DNA of 64,000 nucleotides from Selaginella moellendorffii. Its lineage: Eukaryota > Plantae > Lycopodiophyta. The position numbers and the translations under genes were made by a program. Position 1 is the first letter of the stretch; each line of letters opens with the position of its first letter. Shown in pieces: positions 25,325 through 37,855 of the stretch. The stretch is from assembly GCF_000143415.4 (NCBI RefSeq), contig NW_003314267.1, forward strand, positions 3,460,387 to 3,524,386. Reading direction: 5' to 3'. The notes beneath the pieces were generated by a model. That model was not told the origin of the DNA. It saw nothing but the letters and a program-made list of their open reading frames with translations, and did not search any database.

Positions 25325-28300
25325 ATGGCAAAGGCAGGACGTAAGCGAACCCAGGTGGAGACAGAACCCCTGCTAGAGCTGGAGCCTCCAGTCGAACAAG
25401 AGGCTATGGATGAGGAATCCTTGCATGAGGAGGACTCCAGTGAGGAAACTTCCAAACATGAGTCCAGTGGCAAGGTTTAGTCGTCCAAGGCTCGATTGGA
25501 CATTCTAGAAGGACAATTGGCGCAGACCAATGCTCTGCTGGAGACTCTCGTACACAAGCTAAAGCGTGATGAGAAGCGAAAGAAAAAGTGAAAGACTGCG
25601 GATGCTAGTAGCGTAGAAGGTGCGGACCCTTCGGCGGACTGAGGCAAAACTAGACAAGGTTGAATAGACCGAAGTTGAATCAGTCCCTCAGGCAGTTCTC
25701 AAGTACAAACCAAAGCCCCCACCGGTCTTGAAGGGAGTGAACGACTATAAGGTGGTGGAGGATTGGTTTTACGATATGGAGGACTACTTCCGAGCGTTAC
25801 GGTTACCAAGCTCAGAGAAGGTCCCATGTGCAAAACCATACTTGGCAGATAATGCCAAGTCTTGGTGGAGAACAATAGAGGCTAACGAAGGACCAGTGGC
25901 CACTTGGGAAATGATGAAGGCGAGGATCCGTGCAACTTACGTTCCTCCGAATGCTACTCTGCATCTAAGGGACAAGCTGAGTAGGCTGAAGCAGACTAGA
26001 ACCATTCAGGAGCATATGAATGGGTTTATGGCAAAGAGGATTCTTGTCACGGACATGGGGGATATGGATGCGTTCCATGCCTTCATATCAAGTTTGCAAA
26101 CCTGGGCTCGTGGTGAGGTGATGCGTTGGAACCCAACCAACTACAAGGAAGTGTTGGATGCGGCCATCAAGGTGCATTTTAATAATAACCTGCGAAAAGG
26201 GAACACGACGGGGTCGGGGTCCACATTTAGCAAAGGGGCCAAACCAAGGGGAATGTATAGGAGAGGGAAATTCAAAAAGAGTTTCTTTAAGAATGAGTCC
26301 TCGGGGTTCCGAAAAGGTAAATCCGGTGGCCAGCGAGCGAGTATGTGGGGGAGTCAAGCAAAAAGAGACAAACCCATGGATAAGAAGGTCAAGTCGTATA
26401 GCAGTGTGGGAAACAATGTATGCTACAACTGCGGTGAAGTGGGACACTTTTCAAGAGAATGTCCCTACCCGAAGAAGGCTAGAGCCAATATGGCCATTAA
26501 GTTGGGTGAAGTCCAAACTGAGGTATGTAATCCAGTCCCTAACTCAAAGTTACTCATTACACGAGCAACTTTGGTAAAGAGTCATTTGCGACATCTACTA
26601 GCCCTCCAAGGGAAGCTCGAAGGTAGCTTTGTTAAGATCTTTATTGACACGAGTGCTTTGGATAATTTTGTGGCTGCAGATATAGTCCGGCAAGCCGGAC
26701 TAATGGTGTAGCGGCTAGGCGAACCAAGGACTATAGAGTTTGTTCAAGGTAGCCAAAGCACTAATGAGGTACTTCGACAAGCGAGAGTTGAAGTAGGGAC
26801 ATGGAAAGTATACATGGATTTCACCGTGTTGGACATGGCAGGATTTGACGTGATCTTCGGAATGGATTGGTTCAATCGGTTCGTGGTAGCCCTGCATGGA
26901 CAAGGTAGGAAGCTTGTGGTACTGGCGAATGCCCAAGGGAGAAGATCTAGAGTGGAGGCCCAAGATCTAAAGGTAGGGCAAAGCAAGGCCAAAGAATCCT
27001 GCTTAAACTTGGTGTCCACGGGAGGACAACTCACTAAAGGAACTAAGGTAGCATTTTTGTGCTTACTCTTGGTGAAGAGTGACAAAAAGATTGGAACAGA
27101 AGAAGTACCTTTAGTGATCCAGCGGGTGTTGGACCAATTCCAGGATACCATGCCGGAGGAGTTACCAGCGGGGTTGCCCTCCGCACGACCGATAGAACAT
27201 AAGATTGAGCTGGTCGAGGGTGCTAAGGCGGTGGTTCGTCCCCCCTATCGTTTGAACGAAAAAGAACTCGAGGAGCTCAAGCGCCAACTAGAGGAGTTGG
27301 TGGACAAAGGGTATGTTAGGTTGAGCAAGTCGCCGTATGGGGCGCTGGTGTTATTTGTGAAAAAGAAAGATGGATCTATACGCATGTGCATAGACTACTG
27401 GTTGCTCAACAAATATACAAAGAAGAACAAGTACCCTTTGCCAAGGATTGAGGACCTGTTCGATAGGTTGGGAAAGGCAAAATACTTCTCGAGGATTGAC
27501 CTAAGGTCAGGATACTACCAGATCAAGGTAGCAGAGGAAGATGTCGAGAAGACAACCTGTCGAACCAAGTATGGGAGCTTTGAGTTTCTAGTGATACCCT
27601 TTGGGCTGTATAATGCACTGGCAACGTTTTCGGCGTTGATGAACCATATCTTTGTACCCTATCTAGATCACTTCGTAGTCGTCTATATCGACAACATCCT
27701 GATCTATAGCGAGATGCTAGAGGATCATGCCGAATACTTGGTGAAGGTGTTTGAGAAGCTAAGGGAACACAAGCTGTATGCTAAAGAGAGCAAATGTGAC
27801 TTTGCTCAACAAAAGGTAAAGTTTCTCGGGCATGTGGTGGGCAAGGACGGGTTCAAGGTGCACCCTGAGAAGGTCCAAGCGATCCAGGATTGGGAGCAAC
27901 CATCGAATGTACACGAGTTAAGGGCATTCTTGGGGCTATGCAATTACTACCGAAAGTTTATCAGACACTATTCGAGAGTAGCCCTACCCTTAACGGACCA
28001 AACAGGAAAAGAGAAGATGGTATGGACAGGGGAATGCGAGGCGGCATTCGTCCACCTCAAAGGGAAGTTGAGGAAGGCTCCCGTGTTGGCATTACCAGAC
28101 TTTGGTAAGGACTTCGAGGTAGAAACGGACGCTTCAGACTTTGCATTGGGTGCAGTTTTGAAGCAAGACAACCATCCAATAGCGTTCTTCTTGAAGAAGT
28201 TGGACAAGGCTCAAAGGAACTGGCCTGCCCACGAGAAGGAACTGTTTGCGGTGGTCAAGGCGCTCAAGGAGTGTCGACACTACCTTGGGAGACACTTCAA

Positions 28301-28544
28301 GGTTTACACGGATAATGTGGCAACGAAACACTTCTTGTCACAGCCCGACCTGAGAGGGAAACAGGATCGGTGGGCCAATGCCTTGGCCGAGTTTGATTGC
28401 GAGATTTTGTACAAGCCTGGGAAGAGCAACATTGTGGTAGATGTGCTGAGTCGAAAAGCGAGCTTGAATTTGGCGATATCCAGTGTGACAGCAACCTTTT
28501 GGGACGATGTGTGGACAGCATATGAGAATGATGGTCTAGCACAA
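25325..28544 (+). pseudogene. Element A gag-pol, 5' part (gag with CCHC knuckle, protease, RT, RNase H)
   Basis: CYNCGEVGHFSREC, FIDTSA (protease), LPRIEDL, PFGL, YIDN (YIDD mutated), ETDASD. Gag and pol are in one frame with a premature stop at 26709-26711. Confidence 0.95.
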
Positions 28545-29184
28545 AAGCTCTATTTTGTTAAAGTGGGAATTGTCATTATCCCACTTGTAAAATAAGGTTT
28601 CCAAACCTTTATATAGTATATAAATATAACAAAATTCAACTGCATTGAGGCACATGCCATTTTATTTTAAACAAGGAAATGTCTACTCAATCACTTCTCC
28701 TCCCCCTGCCACTACTTCACCTCTCTCTTCTCCTTGTCATCGTCGTCCAATTTCTTTCCATCCTTTTAATATTGGCTCAGTTGCTCCGAGTCTAGGTGGA
28801 GCCCAAGTCCCCATTCAATTTTTACTTTCCCCTTATTAATAAAACAACTTCGTAGACTTCCAATAACATGCTGTAACACTTCTAGTATAATGCAAATCCT
28901 CTCAAAGAATTGTCTTTTAATATTAATACAATGGCATGGAACCCCATGCCATAATAAGTTACATTTTTAAATAAATACATGCCATCTTAGACTGTTATTT
29001 TTTGCCTCCAACGCCTATACAATAATCTTGGAATTTCATCACTCTCCACACTATCAGGATTTAAACCCAATAGTAATGCCATCTCTTCTCTAATACGTCC
29101 ACGCTCATGTTCAGTGGTCGAAGAACCCATTCGGTTGAGTAGATTATGGAGATGCGGATAGTGCTTGGCTAGACAATATACATG

Positions 29185-32100
29185 CTATAAATGATGACTG
29201 GTGTCTGTCCGATCAAATGGCTTCTGATATACCGTTCCATCTGCCATTTGGTTGATTTCTGCAGCCACCTCCTGAACTGGCCGGTTCTCTATCACCATCG
29301 TTCCAAGCCGTTTTGCAAGGTCCCCCAGAACATACGGTTTCTTCTCCCTAGTTTCCATACTGCAAGAGATGGGGTGCACTGCATATGTGTGCGTGTTTGC
29401 TGCAGTTTTAATCGGCGAGTCATCGATGATGAGGATTTCACTTGACCTAGCAGTCCGGTTCATCACTACAGCCTCTGGCTTGACGAAGATGGGCTTGCTA
29501 CCCCTCACATGGACCATAGTCAAGCAATCCTCCTGCGTTAGGAGAAAGTCAAATGGTAATATTACTCGTGTCTGATCGTGCATCATCTGTAGCAACGTTA
29601 ATGCATTGTGGCGCATCATGGATGTCCAAACTCCCAATTGCAAATTGAACCCGGCCCTCTGTTTTAAGTGTCGCATGGTCATTATTAGATCCCGCAGTTT
29701 CTCCCGTGTGATTAATGTGAATCTGTCTCTTTTGACCAACTTGCGACCGCAGGCTTTGGAGGGTGCAGTGACATTTGAGGATGAGCCACGCTCATGGGAG
29801 AAAAGGACACCGTTCAAATCAAAAATGATACAGTACCTTCGCCGTGACTCTGAAATGAAATGCGTCAGCATAAAAAATAGTACAAGTCAATTTTACCATC
29901 TACAATATTAGCGAATGGTGCTCCCGATGGTCGTTGAGAGGGTTTTAGTCGAGGAAACGTGAAGGGCGGAAATACTCTCCTCTGTAATGTGGGGTCAATC
30001 GCATCCCATGGCGTGTGGGCACATGCCATTTCAGCTGTAGACTCTGGTACAACTGGCTCAACAGTGGCATGGGGTGGTTCCGATGGCATGTGATCACACG
30101 CCATTTCAGCTGGTGCCTCCGTTGGCAAAGTGGACATGACCAAACAGGCAGCAGGGGCGGTGTAGGGAGGTTCCAATGGCGCGTAGTCAGACGATTGGGC
30201 ACACGTTGAGTCCGTTGGAAATGAGGATACGACCGGCTCGGCGGCTGGGGCGGCCTCATGCGGGTCCAATGGCGCCTGGTCACCGTCAGTTGGATATGTG
30301 GACAAGATTGACTCAGTGGTATGGGCAGCATCAAGTGGAGCGTGGTCAGCTTGCTTGGCGTTGATATGGATAGTAGCCTCCACCAACTCTGATGACTCTT
30401 GCAGGCAAGTAGAGTCCACTGGCAGATCCATATGCATGTCCAAGTATCTCCCTTCGATTGAGATGGTATCCTCCCGTGCTACTAAAAACAAACTCATTAG
30501 CACATTAAATCGACTATACTATATTTACCATCAACTGCTATTGAGGAACTAGGACCGATATCACTTGGGCGCACTGTTGATTCTGAAGGATTGGACATAC
30601 GTTTCGACCCTTGCTTGGCACTATCCTTCCTCGACACTAAAGGCTAGAGTTTGTAAATTCAACTGAATAATCTCTACTTACCATTTGCTCTGCGACCTAC
30701 ATGGACAATGTTAGAAATGGTAAAAGGTTAGGAATGGATGTACTATTATTTACCTAATGGTTTGTCTTGTATGACCTTCCTCTGCTGCTCTTTGGCCACC
30801 TCAGGCTGGCCATTGTCGTCATCATCGTCGTCGTCGTTATTGTGATCGTCACCATTGTGAGGACCATCCAAGTCCTCTTCGTCCTCCTCTTCTTCGTCCT
30901 CCTCTTCTTTGTCCTCCTCTTCGTCCTTCTGCTCTTCCTGCTCATTATCTTTCTCTGGCTCCTCATCCCCCTCCTGCATTTCTTCCATAGGCTGCTCAGG
31001 CTGGATGGCTTATTCTTCCAGGACCATCTTGGGAAAATCATCTGGCCGAATCTCCATCTCAAAATACAAGACATCCATAACCTGTTTTAGTGCGTGACCT
31101 AGGACCGATCCTCACCCGACTATCTTAACATGGTTTCTGCATGTTCTTGCACCCTTCGAAGACAACAAAATGAGAAAAACGTGGCCCTAACTTGAAAAGC
31201 ATCCCTCATCCATTGTACCTCTCCATTGAGATTGGGGAAGGGGAGTCCGCCTTAGGAATCTGAGTCAGGAGGTGGTGACTGGCTGCTTTCACTCAGCCCT
31301 TGATCTGCAATGAATGGCATGAGCACACATGCCATAACCGCGAGGCATTACCTATCATCTTTTCGTTGCCCTTCTTCCTTTTCGAATCAAACACCTCTGA
31401 TCCCGACGACTGTCCAACATGCTTTCACTTTTTATGACCACTGTCAGTTTGAGCTTGGCTGGTGCTTGCCTGTTTTGCCTTTGAAGAAGTGTCTCCTACA
31501 AGGAATGGCATGAGACCACACGCCATTGCAAATGTAATTTGTACCTCCTTTTTTCCTATTGCTTGTCTGTTTGTCCTTCTTCGACGCGCCACTAGTGCGC
31601 TTTTCAGTCCTCGTGTCTAAATATTCACAACGATCTATAATCAAAATGGCGTGAGGCCTCACGTGACCTTACCTTGTGCAGGTTGTGAGCTCGGCCCAAC
31701 ATGGGTATCTTCAACAGTAGCTGTTAACGCCGTTTCAGCATCTGGGGGTGGCCACGCTGCTGCATACAGAGCTTGTGAGATAACATTTAAACTTAAAGTG
31801 CGTACTCACCAGGTTCGCAGAGAAGATACTGTTTTTCTTTGGCAACTGTAATTATATGCTCCATTGAAGTCACCTCTTCAATGGAGTTTGTCACCGCAAC
31901 ACACGGGACACCCTTGAGTAGTGCGCTCGAAAGAATAGTCCGCCGCAGTTGTACTCGACAACGCATTTGCCCTTGNNNNNNNNNNNNNNNNNNNNNNNNN
32001 NNNNNNNNNNNNNNNNNNNNNNNNNNNNNNNNNNNNNNNNNNNNNNNNNNNNNNNNNNNNNNNNNNNNNNNNNNNTTTCCCATGCTGCACCTGGAGCTTT

Positions 32101-34414
32101 CTTTGGATTCGAAAGCTCTATAGCCGTCTTTAGTTCCTCAGGCACGGGTAAATTGACCTCCCTCAGATCAATTTGATCGGCCTTGTCCAAACGAAGCTGG
32201 GAAGTCACTCCAATCCCACTCTGCTGTAGGACCAATAACAAGGGCGAGTGTGAAGATGCGGACATTCGTCGGTATCTTCTTCTTAGCCATTATCCCATGG
32301 ATCTCCCGCATCTCCTTGCCTTTCAACCGAGCCTTCACCTCGTTCAAGGCCTTCCAGAACTTGTGATAGGATTCAGAGTCATAGATCATATAGTGGACTG
32401 AAGATTCCACCTCCGCAAATCCCACCATTAAGTCAATGATGGAGCTGACTTCGTTTGCATGAGTGATCTCCTCATTTGTGAAGTCCATCACACAAAAGAT
32501 GTTCTTGACCTGCTCATCTCCACGGGAAACGATGCTCCTCCACCTTTGATCCTCATCCGAATTCACGTATACCCGGTAAGGTTCTCGATAGGCCTCTGCT
32601 GCGGGGTCGAGCTGTTTCTGAAGCCGGCAGTCGACATCCCTCTTAATGAAATTTGGATACTGATCCAACTTCTCAGCTTTACTTTTCGTGGCATCCCGCA
32701 GCAGATCGATGAACTTGGGGGCCCCCTTCACGTACTCGTCGATGTCTTCATTTGACAACTCCAGCGCTTCTATCATCTCTTGGGTGGTGTCGATGCTCAC
32801 CCTCTCCATGGCCACTTGCTTGAAGATCCAATCCTTCAATAGCGCACGAGCTCTCAGAGTCGTGCACAAGTCCTCGTATGTCACAATATGGCCGGGAGTC
32901 ATTTTGGTCTTGTTGAAGACTACCTCACCACGTAGAAGAGCATTAGCCACTGTCAGAAGGTCGTCGTCGTCTAGAGACCGCGAGAAACGCAAGGCGTTGA
33001 GCTTCAAATCATTGGGCTTCCGGCCGTCCTCCACACCCATTGAGTTTAGCAACTCCTCGTCATGGTACCTCCTCAACACATCTACCCATTTGTCAAAAAC
33101 AACTTTTGTCGCGAGTAGAATGTTATGGATGCTGAGTGTGTCATTGACCCCCAGTGTTTTCGAGAGAAGACTCGAGAATTCCTGCAATGGAAATGGCGTG
33201 AGGCCACATGCTATGCCACATGCAACAAGGCTTACCTGCCAAGCGCTAGTTGCTAGTGCACGTCCTTGTCCTGGTTTTTGTGGATTCTTTAGTTGAACCC
33301 AGAGCTTCCGTGTTCGTGCCAATGTTTCATGCAGACCCAATTTGTAGCACGTTTCTTGCTTGACATTCTGCGCGTGGGAGATGTATATGATAGATCGAAG
33401 GGGCGAGTTGCCTTTTATCAGGCGGACAACTCTTGTCTTGAAGACTTTCTTCACCTCCTTGCCCACCATAATATCCACAACTATCTCTTGCATCGCCAAG
33501 CTAGAATGCTGCCCGGAGACGGCATAGAACCGGATGTTCTGATCGTCCAACACCTTCCTATTGATCAAGTCTGGAAACCTCATCTCACCCTTCATTGTTC
33601 GGTAGTAGGGGATCACGTCTGCGATGTCAGGTGTTACTGGACTTGCCAGCATCTTCTGCTTCAGTTTCTCCACCCACTCATCAGATACTAGCGTGTGGTT
33701 GTATTTGCTTTGGATGTCGATACGGCTCACGTCGATTGTATATACTTTGTTGGAATAGTAACAAGTACTATTATCTGCGATGATTTTTGCTACCTCTTCT
33801 TGCTCTTTCTGCTCTTTGCGGCTCTTCTTTTTGATGGGTGTAGTGTTCGAACCCGAGGCAATGGCATCACCGAGTAGCTTCTTTTTTGGAGAAGGAGAGT
33901 CAGACGTCGGCTTGAGCTTGACCACCCTTTTCTACTTCGGGGTAGTTTCCAGATCGACCCCCTTCCTCTTCGCTTTGTGAACTGGAGGCACTCTCAACAG
34001 CTCAATGCTGGAATATAGTTTTTGAACATCGCCATAGGTGAGGTCCGTGGATTCCATGTGATCTTCATAGACCCGCAGCGTCTTTGAAATTGTGGGCCTC
34101 CTAGACAACCTCTCCCTAGCTCCCTCTAGGAATTCCTCATAACCACTGCCCCCCTCCGGGAAGCCGCTAGGATGTGCAAGGTGGATCTTGAAGGCAGACG
34201 CTGTCTCTACCATAAGTGCCAGTCCATATTCTTGCATGGAACTGTATGGAGTGTCTGTCACTTGGATGAGGATCCCCATGCATTCTTTTCTCCCACCATC
34301 TGTGTTGTACAGCCTCAGATCCTCGCCTTCCATCCCGAAAGTCCAACTGGTGAGCTCCTCCCCCTTCTCTGCATCCACATTGATAGTGGCTGGAAGAAGA
34401 ATGCAATTCCTCTC
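29185..34414 (-). pseudogene. Multi-exon cargo gene: ParB/Srx-like domain, degenerate DNA-MTase-like fold, K-rich/acidic/Pro-rich linkers, FCP1/NIF-like HAD phosphatase domain
   Basis: A chain of GT-AG introns of ~45-57 nt keeps one frame (33182-33235, ~31760-31809, 31617-31672, 31496-31544, 31305-31351, ~30697-30754, ~30637-30681, ~30482-30528, ~29849-29897). Motifs FYAVSGQHS (33504-33529), IFDLNGV, VWTS, IIDDSP. Several stops are CAA/CGA>TAA/TGA, with a few frameshifts near the N gap. The first exon(s) probably lie upstream (donor at 34756). Confidence 0.75.
31976..32075. other. Assembly gap (100 N)
   Basis: Run of N. Confidence 1.
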
Positions 34415-35325
34415 CTGTTCAGAAATGCACAACAATTAGAGTTGACAGATGAAAAGCTAGCAGCTGGAAATAACGTGAGGCTACATGCCATTCACCACTG
34501 CATCATATGTCTTGAGGCTGCATCCTAAGATGGTGTGAGGCTACACGCCATCTATAACCGGACTGCACTCGAGAGCCCAATCGGTGCATGTCAATGTTGC
34601 TACTGAATGGCATGTGGCCTCATGCCATTTTCTACTTGGCCTAAAAGACTTACCATTTGAAGCCGAATGGAGGCGTGACAATCGAGGCCGGACTCGCTGG
34701 CAAATGTGCACTGTGTGTGTAGCGGATCGTAGCAGCAAGGCTACTCTGCCACTTACAGTTGGAGAGTGGCGCTAAAATCTCCCGGGACGCCAAGTGGGCT
34801 GCATGTGGGTGGCGGAGTGGGCAGCGGAGTTGGCGGCGAAGTTACAAGCTGGGTGTGTCTTGAAGTGGACACCGATGCACATGAGCGCGATGCGAGCACG
34901 AGTGTGATGCAAGCGCGAGTGGACGCCGATGCACACGAGAAACTTGTAGAGAAGGTAGATGAGCGCGAATGTGAGCGTGATCGCGAGTGGGAGCGCGATG
35001 CGAGCGCGAGTGTGCGAGCGCGAGTACGATGCAAAACCTAACCTCACACGCGCGAAATGTCACAACGGTTGGTAATCCCGCAACGTCATCATTCCTCGGA
35101 CTTGGGCGCCACCATTAATTTCTGGATCGCCGCGCGCATGCATGCACGTGAAATCCAAAAGAAATCCGCAACGTCATCATTCCTCAGACTGCATGCACGC
35201 GAAATCCAAAAGAAAGATCATGATTGGGATATCATTTAATACCCTTGCTATATTTATACCATACATGATTGGATATTCCAAAGCATCTTGTATTTCCAAA
35301 AATGCCAGATATTCAGCTAAATAAA

Positions 35326-37243
35326 GAATGGTATACAATGTCCTTCTTGATGACCCTGCAAAGAAGCATCTCGATCGAACACCACATGAGACCACACGAA
35401 CCTTATAATGTTTCAGGGGCATTTGCCATAGATCTGACCGTTATTTTGCTCCAAGATTCTACAGTTTGGTGTGCATTGACCTTTCCATCGACACTGCAAA
35501 GGGACATCACAATCAGATGCGGGATCACAAGAAACCAACTTCACTAACTCTGGTTTCACCAAGATCTAAGTAAGGAGTTATGAAATGAAAGGACCCTCTC
35601 TATTGAAATGTGTTTATGGTCCAGACATATCAAAGGATTTTGCATCAAGTTCTGTATTTGCATGTTTATCAAGCTACTGAATTGCTAAACCCTAAACCCT
35701 AAACATGTGGCAAATGCTGCGTGAAGAAAGATGCCCTTTCTGGGCAAATGCTGTAAGAGGCAGATGCCGAGCAGTTACACGGCGAATAATCTTGGCGCGG
35801 ATCGCTGACATGGCATGGCAAAGTTCGAATCACTGACATAGCACAGCTGGATCGAGGCAAGGACATGATGTGACAAAGTTCAACGTCCGACAGCAAAGTC
35901 TAGAAGCTACTCAATTTGAAATTTGTCAGAGGAATTATAAGATCTGGTTTGTCAGAGGATTTGATGTGACGTTCAAGCGTGTGGGCTCATGCAATTTTGA
36001 TCCCAAAAAATGCACCAAAAAATGCTCGGCGTCATCTGGCGTTATCTCTTGAATGGCATGGGGCCGCATGCCATTTTCAAGGGCACATAGGAGTATATTC
36101 CTAGAATATTCTAACACGCGCGAGATTTTTTTGAGTTTTCTGGAGATCCAACCGTTAGATCGCAACTAGATTTTATAGAATGGTATACAATGTCTTTCTT
36201 GATGACCCTGCAAAGAAGCATCTCGACGAACACCACATGAGACCACACGAGCCTTACAATTTTTCAGGGGCATTTGCCATAGATCCGACCGTTATTTTGC
36301 TCCAAGATTTTACAGTTTGGTGTGCATTGACCTTTCCATCGACACTGCAAAGGGACATCACAATCAGATGCGGGATCACAAGAAACTAACTTCACTAACT
36401 CTGGTTTCACCAAGATCTAGGTAAAGAGTTATGAAATGAAAGGACCCTCTCTATTGAAATGTGTTTATGGTCTTAGGGGCATTGTGACATATCAAAGGAT
36501 TTTGCATCAAGTTCTGTATTTGCATGTTTATCAAGCTACTGAATTGCTAAACCCTAAACCCTAAACCCTAAACATGTGGCAAATGCTGCGTGAAGAAAGA
36601 TGCCCTTTCTGGGCAAATGCTGTAAGAGGCAGATGCCGAGCAGATGTATCTCAGGCTAGCGAAGGGACAAATGAAAGCTAGCTATAAACATGACGGGATG
36701 CAAATAGATTACTAGGCTGGTCCTGCGAAAATCAAAACCATAATTGAAAACATTGAAAATGCAAAAAGAAAGGTTTATAATATTTTTAAATTTTAAGCAA
36801 CCAAAGGAATGTAAGTAGGGCATGTGTTTGTAAGTTTAAAAATGCCTCAACCACTTAAATTCCCAAGTAAATAAAGCTGTTTATATTTTTGGTACAGGTA
36901 AACTTTATAGCGTGTGGGCTCATGCAATTTTGAACCCAAAGTGCACCAAAAAATGCTCGACTAGCATTATTCTTTGAATGGCGTGTGGCCTTATATTGCT
37001 ATAAATGGACATACACACACAGCATAATTATTCCTTTACACGGCGAATAATCTTGGCGCGGATCGCTGACACGGCATGGCAAAGTTCCAATCACTGACAT
37101 GACACAGCTGGATCGAGGCAAGGACATGATGTGACAAAGTTCAACCTCCGACAGCAAAGTCTAGAAGCTACTCAGTTTGAAATTTGTCAGAGGAATCATA
37201 AGATCTGGTTTGTTAGAGGATTTGATGTGATGTTCAAGCGTGT
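35326..37243. repeat. Direct segmental duplications in the divergent intergenic region of the Sola1-like element
   Basis: 35326-35774 matches 36178-36643; 35775-35983 matches 37036-37243. Confidence 0.9.
35685..35704. repeat. Plant telomeric repeat / telo-box tract (CCCTAAA)n; second tract at 36547-36573
   Basis: CTAAACCCTAAACCCTAAAC and a copy one unit longer. Confidence 0.9.
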
Positions 37244-37855
37244 GTTATTTTTGAATTCTCGAACTCATTCCTAGGTCTATCATTTTTGTGCGCCGTGTTC
37301 TTGGTTCCGCTGAGCGTAGTGAGCGCTGCTTGTGTAAGCGGCGTTGTGAGCTGTGGTTTATGCTTCTATAAGAGGTTGCGGCATTGCGAGTGCCATTGCG
37401 AGCGGCAGTTTATGCGAGTGGCAGTTTGTGCGAGCGGCGCTACGAGCAGTTGCGGTGTTGCGAGCGGCGCTACGAGTAGTTGCGGTGTTGCGAGCAGCAC
37501 TGTCTTTGGTGTGGCTACCGCTTCCTCTTGATATTTGGCACTTGTGCTTCCTGGTATGTTCACCATGGAATGGCTTAGGACCACATTTAGAAATGGCATG
37601 AGGCCACATGCCATCTTGGGCCCTTGCAATTTCATGGCTAGCGTATTGTCATGTATGTTTTTACTTGCCTGCAACTGTGTGTATATCAAGATGGCATGAG
37701 GCCTCATGCCAATTTTGTGAATGCAAAATTTCACGTGGGTGTCAATAGCATGTTTGAATAATGGCATGTGGCCTCATGCTATTTGGTATGTTATGATTTA
37801 GGCCATTCTCCAATCATTTTTTGTATGGTCTTAACTTCTTTTCTGCACTTTCAGA

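Noticed and set aside
26523-26570. Intron at the gag-protease junction (GAG|GTATGT)
   Set aside because: Good donor, but the frame is open without splicing and I found no convincing acceptor.
31793-32265. X-containing ORFs as separate genes
   Set aside because: They span the 100-N gap and are pieces of the cargo gene; nearby frameshifts may be assembly errors.
35685-36573. Chromosome end or telomere-healing site
   Set aside because: Only 3-4 repeat units, embedded in a duplicated module inside a TIR element.
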